Origin: Verrucomicrobiia bacterium
GTDB lineage: Bacteria > Verrucomicrobiota > Verrucomicrobiia > Palsa-1439
DNA length: 64,000 bases
Direction: 5' to 3'
Assembly (NCBI GenBank): GCA_035577545.1
Contig: DATLVI010000013.1
Coordinates: 67,778-131,777 of the forward strand
Part shown: positions 37,995 to 45,763 of the stretch, piece after piece
Numbering within the stretch: the stretch's first letter is position 1
Layout: each line of letters starts with the position of its first letter
The notes under the pieces: model-generated
Databases searched by the model: none
What the model was told of the DNA's origin: nothing
What the model saw: the letters and a program-made list of their open reading frames with translations, nothing else
Program-made: the position numbers and the translations under genes

Positions 37995-39710
37995 ATGAGG
38001 ACACGTGTAATAACCTTGGTTTGTGGTATTTGTTCGTTCATCACCTTTGCAATTTCGTCGGCGAGTCAGGCGCAGACCAATAGTTGGATTCAGTCCAGCG
38101 GCGCGTGGCAGGCTCCAGCGAATTGGTCCCTGGCCCAGGCACCCACCAACACGCAGTCACTGATCATCAGTAACGACCTAACCAAGATCATCACGATTGA
38201 TTCCACCACTTCTGGCAGTTTCTCCAATACATTGACCGTTACGGATGTGATTCTTTCCGCTCCTAATGGGGCCACAAACACTTTGGATTTGTCGAATGCC
38301 GGCACAAGCGCGCCGTTGTCGGTGCTAAACGACTTTATCGTTTCCAGTGGTGGGCTGTTGCGGCTGGCTGGCTCGGGCTTGTTGATGGAAACCAATGCAG
38401 CCGCTGCCGCGACGAATTCTGCCTCCGCCGTCCTGAGTAACGGAGTGTTGACCGTGGATGGGACACTGCTGATTAGCAGTAGCGGTGTCATAGCAGCCAA
38501 CACCGGAATTTACGTGGGGCTGGACACTAATGCGAACGGGCAGGTTGTCTGCGCGGGCGGACAGTTGCTTTTGACAAACACGCCGCCGTCAGCCATCGGG
38601 GTCAACGGCACCGGCCAGATGATTATCTCCAACGGTCAGGTGCAAACCGCGGCGAATTTCCTGTTCGTGGGTTCCGGTATAGGTTCGCAAGGGACACTGT
38701 CGGTGGCGGGAGGGAATTTCATTGGCTCGCCAAACGCGCGGTTGGTGATCGGCATGGAAACCGGGGCGGTGGGCGTGGTGACGGTGACCGGTGGAAGCAT
38801 AGTCATAACCAATTCCTTGATGACGCTGGTGGGCGGAGATGGCTCCGGGCAGCTTAATTTATTGGCCGGCACGAATATCTTCGGAGCGATGGAAGTCGGC
38901 GGTGATTCCGGCTCACAGGGCACGTTGACCGTGGCGGGGGGCGTTAACACGTTGCAGAGCGGGCTTTGCGTTGGCTCCAGTCAGGGCGCGACGGGTGTGG
39001 TGTGGCTGACCGGCGGGCAACTTGTGGCGACGAACTTAACGACTTCCATTGCATCGTGGGGTTACGGAGTCGCCACGGTGTCCAACGGTAGCTGGGTCGG
39101 AAGCACGATGTTGGTAGGCGTGCATGGCTTCGCAAACATTACGAATTACTATGGTTTTATTACTACAACAGGCCAGACGAGCTATGGCGCCGTCAATCTG
39201 GATGGTGGTTCGATGACGTTGTACTCGAAACTGGTGATTGGCAATTGCGGTACCGGCGGTGTCGGCGTGGTGGATGTTGCGGGCGGGAGTTTGTATGTGA
39301 CCAATGCGGCCCACAACGCCGTTATCGACGTACGCAATGGCCAATTGATACTCACGGGAGGAGCATCGCAGGTCGACAAGCTGGTGTTGACGAATAGTTG
39401 CAGCAGCTTCCTTCACACCGGGGGCACGCTTGTCGTTGGGAACGTGGTCCTCGACCCCAATGCTTTTCGTATTGTCTCGGTCACGCCGCAAGGAAACGAC
39501 ATCCTCATCACATGGTTGATGGCCCCGGGACAGACCAACACCTTGCAGGCTTCCACTGGGGACAGCAACGGCGGTTACGTCACCAATGGTTTCACCGACA
39601 TCTTCGTTGTGACGAATAACAGTACTATTGGCTCGTTGACGAACTACCTCGACGTCGGGGCAGCCACGAATTCGCCGGCGCGCTATTACCGCGCGCGCCT
39701 GGTACCCTGA
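37995..39710 (+). CDS. Secreted beta-helix repeat protein (autotransporter-associated beta-strand repeat type) with the shared C-terminal domain
   Basis: Start at MRTRVITLVCGICSFITFAISSASQAQT; the track ORF begins earlier, inside the ABC gene. Repetitive G/T/S-rich beta-strand repeats (GGSIVITNSLMTLVGGDGSG, GGVNTLQSGLCVGSSQGATG). The C-terminal 80 aa match the cupredoxin C-terminus (ends ..ARYYRARLVP). Confidence 0.55.
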   Translation: MRTRVITLVCGICSFITFAISSASQAQTNSWIQSSGAWQAPANWSLAQAPTNTQSLIISNDLTKIITIDSTTSGSFSNTLTVTDVILSAPNGATNTLDLSNAGTSAPLSVLNDFIVSSGGLLRLAGSGLLMETNAAAAATNSASAVLSNGVLTVDGTLLISSSGVIAANTGIYVGLDTNANGQVVCAGGQLLLTNTPPSAIGVNGTGQMIISNGQVQTAANFLFVGSGIGSQGTLSVAGGNFIGSPNARLVIGMETGAVGVVTVTGGSIVITNSLMTLVGGDGSGQLNLLAGTNIFGAMEVGGDSGSQGTLTVAGGVNTLQSGLCVGSSQGATGVVWLTGGQLVATNLTTSIASWGYGVATVSNGSWVGSTMLVGVHGFANITNYYGFITTTGQTSYGAVNLDGGSMTLYSKLVIGNCGTGGVGVVDVAGGSLYVTNAAHNAVIDVRNGQLILTGGASQVDKLVLTNSCSSFLHTGGTLVVGNVVLDPNAFRIVSVTPQGNDILITWLMAPGQTNTLQASTGDSNGGYVTNGFTDIFVVTNNSTIGSLTNYLDVGAATNSPARYYRARLVP

Positions 39711-39725
39711 GGAGCGAGAAACACA

Positions 39726-40466
39726 ATGCGCAACACTATTGAAAAGCGAGTACCGCGACACAGTCTGAACTCAGGAAAAGGTTTCACCCTGACGGAACTG
39801 TCAGTGCTGATGATGGTGGGGGCGATTTTGGCGAGCGTGCTCGTGGCCGATTTGAGCCAGACCCGGATGAAGCTTCTTCAGCAAGCGTGCGCGGCCAACA
39901 TGAAACACTGGGGGATGGCGATCGGGATGTATATGGACGACTACAACGGCGTGATTTTCTACGATGTAGGCGGGCTGCATTTTAGTGATAATAATTCTCC
40001 TCTTCAGCGCTATTTTGGGAATGGCTCTAACTCTTTTGCGACACTGCAGATGGTCCGTGCCTGTCCAGCGCGCGTAGGCATAGCCCCTTTCGGTCCGCAG
40101 AAAGGCTACGAGATACCGGTCGGCCAATTTCGCCACGGCCTTGTATACAAAGATGCGGATATAGCGGGCAGTCCATATTTTCGCGGCGGCAACTACTGGC
40201 CCGACCTGAAATCCGTGCCCGTTCCCGCGCAGTATCTCCTGATGACCGAATGCTATAATACAGTGCTATGCAATTCGTTATTGGTACGTGTCTCGTCGCC
40301 GGCCTCCGGATTTAATTCAGATCCATTACCGCCACTTGCCCGGCATAATAACGCGGTGAATTGCCTGTTCGGCGATTTTCATGTGGAACTGGTTTCGTCG
40401 AACAAGATTGCTCAGCAAGACATCGGCTGCGGCACGACCGGGAACCCATGGTTTAACTTGGATTAG
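39726..40466 (+). CDS. Prepilin-type N-terminal cleavage/methylation domain protein with a DUF1559/H-X9-DG-like C-terminus (pseudopilin-like)
   Basis: Class III signal GFTLTELSVLMMVGAILASV, then a globular domain ending HNNAVNCLFGDFHVE. Confidence 0.6.
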   Translation: MRNTIEKRVPRHSLNSGKGFTLTELSVLMMVGAILASVLVADLSQTRMKLLQQACAANMKHWGMAIGMYMDDYNGVIFYDVGGLHFSDNNSPLQRYFGNGSNSFATLQMVRACPARVGIAPFGPQKGYEIPVGQFRHGLVYKDADIAGSPYFRGGNYWPDLKSVPVPAQYLLMTECYNTVLCNSLLVRVSSPASGFNSDPLPPLARHNNAVNCLFGDFHVELVSSNKIAQQDIGCGTTGNPWFNLD

Positions 40467-40471
40467 CCGAC

Positions 40472-41194
40472 GTGGATAACGATCGGAAACATCGAGACGG
40501 TTTCACGCTGGCAGAACTGTCGGTACTGATGACGGTGGGGGCGCTATTGGCGAGCGTGGTCGTGGCTGATCTGAACCAGACCCGTACAAAACTCTTGCAG
40601 CAAGCGTGCGCGGCCAACATGAAGCACTGGGGAATGGCCTTCAGCATGTACGCGGATGATTACAACGGGACATTTTACTATAGCGTGAACGGGGCGTTTT
40701 TTAATGACGTCGGTACTCCGCTGCAACGGTATCTTGGGAATTCTTCCAACCCCGCGACAACAATACGCACGATAAGAGCCTGTCCAGCACGCATAGCGCA
40801 ATACCCTCTGCTGCCGGGCTACCAGATGCCGGTCGGCCAGTACCATAAGGGTCTTGTCTATAAGGATGCAGATGTGTTCGGTAGCCCTTTTTACGGAAAC
40901 GCAAACGCCCCCTATTGGCCCAATCTGAAGTCGGTGCCGCAGCCAGCTCAATATCTGCTGATGTTTGAATGCTATAACACGCTGCATTGCGGGCAGTTGG
41001 TAAGTAAGATGTCAAACCCAGGCGTATCCGCTGGACCCGTCGATCCGGTACCGCCGATTGCTCGTCATGGTGGTGGAGCGGTGAATTGCCTGTTCGGGGA
41101 TTTCCACGTGGAGTTTGTCTCCGCTACGACAATTACAAACCATGACGTGGGCTGTGGCACCGCGACCGGGAACGTGTGGTTTAATTTGGATTAG
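40472..41194 (+). CDS. Prepilin-type N-terminal cleavage/methylation domain protein, tandem paralog
   Basis: GFTLAELSVLMTVGALLASVVVADLNQTR.. and C-terminal RHGGGAVNCLFGDFHVE. About 60% identical to the upstream gene. Confidence 0.6.
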   Translation: MDNDRKHRDGFTLAELSVLMTVGALLASVVVADLNQTRTKLLQQACAANMKHWGMAFSMYADDYNGTFYYSVNGAFFNDVGTPLQRYLGNSSNPATTIRTIRACPARIAQYPLLPGYQMPVGQYHKGLVYKDADVFGSPFYGNANAPYWPNLKSVPQPAQYLLMFECYNTLHCGQLVSKMSNPGVSAGPVDPVPPIARHGGGAVNCLFGDFHVEFVSATTITNHDVGCGTATGNVWFNLD

Positions 41195-41464
41195 CGTGTC
41201 CGTGACAGGCTGCCGATCCCCGGTACAAGTATTCCAAGAGTGAGCCTGCTTTTCTCTGGACATCGATTACCGATAATTGTATAGTTCCCGGCATGTTATT
41301 CGGCAAACTACTTTCCATGGGTCGTCTCCTTGTTTGTGACGGCGCGACGATGGAGGGAAGAGTCCCATATGCGTTTCTGCGAAACGAACCCATTTCATTT
41401 TATCGTAGTTTTCGATGGATCAGCACTATTTGCAGGAACTTGTGTTGTTTGCAGAGCGATTTGC

Positions 41465-41496
41465 AAATGGGTTCGTTCTCGAAAACGAACCCATTT
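41465..41496. promoter_or_regulatory. Perfect 13-bp inverted repeat (AAATGGGTTCGTT-N6-AACGAACCCATTT) with a T-rich 3-prime flank, plus a separate copy of the 13-mer at 41383..41395; candidate operator and/or terminator hairpin
   Basis: Seen directly in the AT-richer intergenic region between the pseudopilin pair and tRNA-Ser. Followed by TTTATAGGTGTCTTTT. Confidence 0.3.
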
Positions 41497-41642
41497 TATA
41501 GGTGTCTTTTGAGCCCTTTCTGTCTTGGATGAACACAAATGTAGGAGAATTGTACGGCAGTCCGTCGTCGCTTGGGCTTCCGCCTACGCGAAACCGCTAC
41601 GGCGGACGAGACGATGCGGCATTTTTCGGCTTCGGCGAAAAA

Positions 41643-41734
41643 TGGCGGAGGGGGCGAGATTCGAACTCGCGAGGGCCTTTGCAGACCCCACACGCTTTCC
41701 AGGCGTGCGCATTAGACCACTCTGCCACCCCTCC
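41643..41734 (-). tRNA. tRNA-Ser (anticodon GGA)
   Basis: Hand-folded. Acceptor GGAGGGG/CCCCTCC, 3-bp D stem, anticodon stem CACGC/GCGTG with loop CTGGAAA, long variable arm, T arm GCGAG-TTCGAAT-CTCGC, discriminator G plus encoded CCA. Confidence 0.75.
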
Positions 41735-41756
41735 CGATGTGGAAAGCAGATGAACT

Positions 41757-41939
41757 TTACTCCGAGGGTGGCGTTAGCGTCAACTGCTGCAACAACCACT
41801 CTTCCTCGAGCGGGTTGAGGTCGAAATGGAGTGCGGTTTGTTCGATGGCGTCGAGCTTGGTGATGCCGGGGTTTTCCTTGAGCAGGTTGCTCAACCACTC
41901 CAGCGCGTGGACGCGTTTTTCGGCCTGGCCTTTGTTCAT
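41757..41939 (-). CDS. Small hypothetical protein (60 aa) translationally coupled to sua5
   Basis: ATG overlaps the sua5 stop (ATGA). MNKGQAEKRVHALEWLSNLLKENPGITKLDAIEQ... The longer track ORF upstream is Arg-rich junk. Confidence 0.3.
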   Translation of the reverse strand: MNKGQAEKRVHALEWLSNLLKENPGITKLDAIEQTALHFDLNPLEEEWLLQQLTLTPPSE

Positions 41940-42913
41940 GTTTGACTTCCTTTGCCTGCGGCGCGCAGCAATCGGTCGCGGACGGCGAGTCCGAGCCCCT
42001 GCGGTGCCGGCAACTGACACAATATCGTCTCCACACCCTGTGCGTCCAAATCACGCAACTGGGCGAAGACAGTTTGCGCCAGTCGTTCGATGGTGGTGGC
42101 GCTGTCCAGCACACCAACCCGCTTCCCTTCGTCGCGCAATTTGGCCGCTCGTGTCTGAAGTTCTTCCATATTCTCAAATAATTCAACCAGCGCGCGAGGC
42201 GCGTAATGTTTAAGCGTCATGCCGGGGGCGGCGAGGCCCGCTCGCGCCGCTTCGTCGGCGACTCCCGTTGCGAGCCGCACGGCTCCGAGCACCTTCTCGA
42301 GTTGCTCACGGCTCACGCCACCAGGCCGCAGGATCGCCGGCGGCGATTGCGTCAGGTCGAGCACGGTGGATTCCACGCCCATCGGTGTTGGGCCGGCATC
42401 CAGAATCAGGTCCACGCGATCACCCAGATCCTCGGCGACGTGCTCGACGCGGGTTGGGCTGGGTCGACCAAAGCGATTGGCACTCGGGGCGGCGATAGGC
42501 GCGTCCGTGACTTCCAGCAGCGCGGCGGCCACGGGATGCCAGGGCATCCGCAGCGCCACTGTGGCGCGGCGCGCGGTCACTTCATTAGGAATTTGCGCGT
42601 TCTTCTCGACGACGAGCGTCAAAGGCCCGGGCCAGAAGCGGCTGGCGAGCAGTTCGAATTGCGGCAACAAGCGTTTCATGAGTGTATGCGCCATCGCCAA
42701 ATCACGAACGTGGACGATCAACGGATCCCAATCGGGGCGATCCTTCGCGGTGAAAATCTTGCGGATCGCTTGCGGGTCGAGGGCGAGCGCGCCGAGTCCA
42801 TAAACGGTTTCGGTCGGAAAGGCGACGAGTCCCCCTGCGCGAAGTGTCTCTGCGGCGCGCTTGATGGCGCGGCGGTCCGGCGACTTGGGATCGACTTTAA
42901 GAATATTATTCAT
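41936..42913 (-). CDS. tsaC: L-threonylcarbamoyladenylate synthase (Sua5/YrdC/YwlC family, long form)
   Basis: 325 aa. YrdC-domain motifs VAFPTETVYGLGA and SANRFGRPSPT, then a Sua5-type C-terminal domain. Confidence 0.75.
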   Translation of the reverse strand: MNNILKVDPKSPDRRAIKRAAETLRAGGLVAFPTETVYGLGALALDPQAIRKIFTAKDRPDWDPLIVHVRDLAMAHTLMKRLLPQFELLASRFWPGPLTLVVEKNAQIPNEVTARRATVALRMPWHPVAAALLEVTDAPIAAPSANRFGRPSPTRVEHVAEDLGDRVDLILDAGPTPMGVESTVLDLTQSPPAILRPGGVSREQLEKVLGAVRLATGVADEAARAGLAAPGMTLKHYAPRALVELFENMEELQTRAAKLRDEGKRVGVLDSATTIERLAQTVFAQLRDLDAQGVETILCQLPAPQGLGLAVRDRLLRAAGKGSQT

Positions 42914-43011
42914 TTCGCGACCGACCGCGAGTGTGACATACGCCTGAAATGGTTAGAAGAAGGATTTTCTTGCGAGGAATGTCCGGGCGTGAAAGAGTCC
43001 TGTCAAGGTAG

Positions 43012-43866
43012 ATGAAAAACACCGCTACTTTACTTGTCGATTGTCCCGACCAGAAGGGGATCGTGGCGGCCATTTCGGAGTTTCTCTACCATCACAGCGC
43101 CAATATCCTGCACGCCGATCAACATCAGGACGGCGACCTGGGGCTTTTTCTCACGCGCGTGGAGTGGGACCTGGGCGATTTTACGTTGCCGACGGCGGAT
43201 TTCGGAAAGGCGTTCGCTTCGATCGCGGAGCGGTTCCAGATGCGGTGGCGATTGGAGCTTTCATCACGGCGACAGCGAGTCGCGATCTTTGTATCCCAGT
43301 ATGATCACTGCCTGGCGGATTTATTGTACCGGCATGAGAGCGGTGAGTTGGCGTGCGAGGTTCCGATCATCATCAGTAACCATCGCGGAGCCGAACGGTT
43401 GGCGGAATTCCATAAAATCCCGTTTCATTTTATTCCGATTGAGGATGGACGCAAGGCAGAGGCGGAGAGGCAGCAACTCGCGCTGTTGAAGGAGCACTCC
43501 GTTGACCTCGTGGTGCTCGCCCGTTACATGCAGATCCTGTCGCCCGGGTTCGTGGCGCAATATCCGCAACGAATCGTGAATGTGCATCATTCCTTTCTGC
43601 CCGCGTTCAGCGGGGCCCGACCCTATCACCGGGCGTTCGAGCGGGGCGTGAAGCTGATTGGCGCCACGAGCCATTACGTGACGGACGTGCTGGATGAGGG
43701 GCCCATCATCGAGCAGGATGTGGTGCGTGTTTCGCATCGCGATCAACTCGAGGATTTGATTCAGCGAGGGAGAGACTTGGAGAAGGTCGTGCTGTCGCGC
43801 GCCGTGCGGTGGCATATTGAGCACCGCATCCTGGTGTACACGAAAAAGACGGTGGTCTTTGACTAG
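43012..43866 (+). CDS. purU: Formyltetrahydrofolate deformylase
   Basis: 284 aa. N-terminal ACT domain, then formyltransferase core (ISNHRG.., HHSFLPAF, GATSHYVTDVLDEGPII). Confidence 0.8.
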   Translation: MKNTATLLVDCPDQKGIVAAISEFLYHHSANILHADQHQDGDLGLFLTRVEWDLGDFTLPTADFGKAFASIAERFQMRWRLELSSRRQRVAIFVSQYDHCLADLLYRHESGELACEVPIIISNHRGAERLAEFHKIPFHFIPIEDGRKAEAERQQLALLKEHSVDLVVLARYMQILSPGFVAQYPQRIVNVHHSFLPAFSGARPYHRAFERGVKLIGATSHYVTDVLDEGPIIEQDVVRVSHRDQLEDLIQRGRDLEKVVLSRAVRWHIEHRILVYTKKTVVFD

Positions 43867-43977
43867 TCGGGCATCCGCGCCACATTAATGGACGTAACCG
43901 ACGGCCGAGCACATTGCTATCACGCGAGTTATATCCCTTTGCGGTGGCACGTGGAGTGCTATGAATTGGCGTAGATT

Positions 43978-44421
43978 ATGAGATCTAAAACTACGTCCTC
44001 AAAGAAGAAGTTTCTACTGGTGGCCGAAGACGACGAGAAGATTGGCGCGCTGGTTTGCGAAGCCCTGCAAGGCGCGGGCTTCAAGACGCATTGGGTCAAG
44101 GACGGGATCGAAACGCTTAATTACGTTCTCGAATCGCGGCCCGATGGCATTGTTTTGGATCTTGTTCTCCCGCGACTCACTGGCTTTGAAATCTGCGGCA
44201 TGGTGCGGAAGAGCCGCGCGGTCCAGTGGACGCCGATTATCGTGATGTCCGGCCGCGCCGAACACTGCGACAAGATGCAGGCGTTTGAACTCGGCGCCGA
44301 CGACTATGTGATCAAGCCGTTCCGCATCGAGGAACTGGTGGCGCGCATTGACGCCGTACTGCATCGCAACTCCGAGCGGGCTTACCCCACGCCGTTCCTT
44401 ACGTCCTCCTATAACGCGTAG
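43978..44421 (+). CDS. Single-domain response regulator (CheY-like receiver)
   Basis: 147 aa. LLVAEDDEK .. phospho-acceptor context DLVLP .. conserved K in DDYVIKPF. Confidence 0.65.
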   Translation: MRSKTTSSKKKFLLVAEDDEKIGALVCEALQGAGFKTHWVKDGIETLNYVLESRPDGIVLDLVLPRLTGFEICGMVRKSRAVQWTPIIVMSGRAEHCDKMQAFELGADDYVIKPFRIEELVARIDAVLHRNSERAYPTPFLTSSYNA

Positions 44422-44627
44422 AGCCTGGCTGCTTTGCGCGCTTTCGGGAAACAGCCGGATCCCTGAATTGGTACGCCAAGGGTGAGAACGTTAGAACTTT
44501 GGACGCAATAATTGACTGGCTCCGGGAACTCTGGAACCTGCGTGAAGTGCTCGCAGCAGACCCAGCCACGGCGGGACTGTTGACAGCATAACCCCACCAT
44601 GGCCAAGCAAGGTTGGAGCTATCCAGC

Positions 44628-45287
44628 TTATCCTTCAGCCACCCAGTACACGACGTAATCCTTGGATTTTTTCCTCCGGTACCAGGCCTTCATCGTTCGG
44701 CTGTGGATGTAGGTAGATTTCTTCCTAGGCATCAACCGATGCTCCCTTATTTTCTGGCAGGTGGCGCACAACCCATGGGCCTTCCGCTTCCTGGTCCTCC
44801 CACAGCCATTGCAGCAAATCAGGTGCTTTTCCCTGTCCACCCAGTGAATGGGATACCTCTTGAAGATCTCGTGCTTCTCGTACTTCTGGCGCTGGTAATT
44901 TCGCCAACAACGGAGGCGACAGAACTTCCGACGAGCCTTGGGAAAGACATAAAAAGGGGAATTGCAGTTCGGACAGATTTTGCTGTGCCCCTTGTGCTTA
45001 CCCCAGGGCCGGCCCCGCCGATAGCTTGCGAAGCATTTTACCGTGCAAAAGCGGGGTGGGGGATCCTTGGGACGGAGGTACCGGTAGAAAAGTCTTTGGC
45101 ATTGTTTGCATGTCCACGGATGTGGATTCGGACGTGATGTTATCCTAAGAACCCCCACGTTCGGTACGGTTCCGGCATCATCAGGGGGACGCGAGACGTT
45201 GTTGTTTATGATTACGCCACCTTCCTCTTTCTGGGCTTTCTCTCTCGCATGAATAAAATGGGGGAAGTCATAGAAGGGCCAAGCCAC
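44628..45287 (-). CDS. Highly basic protein with three tandem CxxC..CxxxC zinc-ribbon repeats, in a lower-GC patch
   Basis: 219 aa. Repeats CKQC-x15-CTVKC, CPNC-x13-CRLRC and CNGC-x10-CATC, each with FY..PK..RKFC-like spacing. Lys/Arg-rich. The overlapping + ORF 44613..45137 is Pro-rich junk. Confidence 0.4.
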   Translation of the reverse strand: MAWPFYDFPHFIHAREKAQKEEGGVIINNNVSRPPDDAGTVPNVGVLRITSRPNPHPWTCKQCQRLFYRYLRPKDPPPRFCTVKCFASYRRGRPWGKHKGHSKICPNCNSPFYVFPKARRKFCRLRCWRNYQRQKYEKHEIFKRYPIHWVDREKHLICCNGCGRTRKRKAHGLCATCQKIREHRLMPRKKSTYIHSRTMKAWYRRKKSKDYVVYWVAEG

Positions 45288-45412
45288 TAGTCCTTGGAAC
45301 TGTGGCGCATCCAGATGATGGGATGTCCGAGTTGGCCGCGAAGTGGCTGCCTATTCCGAATTAACCGTGACACCTACGAGCCTGAAAAGATGCAAAAATT
45401 CGATAGGTACAT

Positions 45413-45443
45413 GCATGACCGGTGGGCATTACACAAATAGGAG
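45413..45443. repeat. 31-nt element CATGACCGGTGGGCATTACACAAATAGGAGC; second copy (28/31 identical) at 63620..63650
   Basis: Direct comparison of the two intergenic sequences. Copy A abuts a tRNA-Cys-like 3-prime half. Confidence 0.45.
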
Positions 45444-45487
45444 CCTGCAAACCTCCTATCGTGAGTTCGATTCTCACACCTGCCTCC
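45439..45487 (+). other. tRNA-Cys(GCA)-like 3-prime half (anticodon arm through CCA) lacking a canonical 5-prime half; pseudo-tRNA or att-site remnant
   Basis: Anticodon stem-loop GGAGC-CTGCAAA-CCTCC, T arm GTGAG-TTCGATT-CTCAC, acceptor 3-prime strand ACCTGCC, then T-CCA. No complementary GGCAGGT acceptor 5-prime strand or D arm upstream. The region 45420..45487 is only 68 nt. Confidence 0.35.
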
Positions 45488-45763
45488 AATTCTAATCCCT
45501 GCAAATATAGGGATCTGTGGGGGGGGTTCCTTCTTGGTGCTAATTGCGTAAGCAGGCACTGGGTACCATACGTGGGCACCATCGGTGCTGGAACGCCAAT
45601 GCAGAAGTGTTGATTGACCGCGATTTCGAGGCCAAAGACCCTGCGTAATCAGTCGATAGACACCAGAACGACTACCAATTGAGTCGGACTTACGGCTTGT
45701 GTATTATTGAACTACTTGACCGACGAGGTTCTAATCGGGGCTCACAATTATCCAATCTTTGTT

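Noticed and set aside
39036-39761. 241-aa minus ORF
   Set aside because: Antisense shadow of the beta-helix repeat gene.
42206-43015. 269-aa + ORF
   Set aside because: Antisense to sua5/tsaC.
44613-45137. 174-aa + ORF overlapping the zinc-ribbon gene
   Set aside because: Pro/Leu-rich with no motifs. The opposite-strand frame shows three regular CxxC zinc-ribbon repeats and is preferred.
45420-45487. Complete tRNA-Cys gene
   Set aside because: Only 68 nt are available, with no D arm and only a wobble-paired pseudo-acceptor 5-prime strand. I therefore call it a 3-prime fragment or pseudo-tRNA rather than a functional tRNA.
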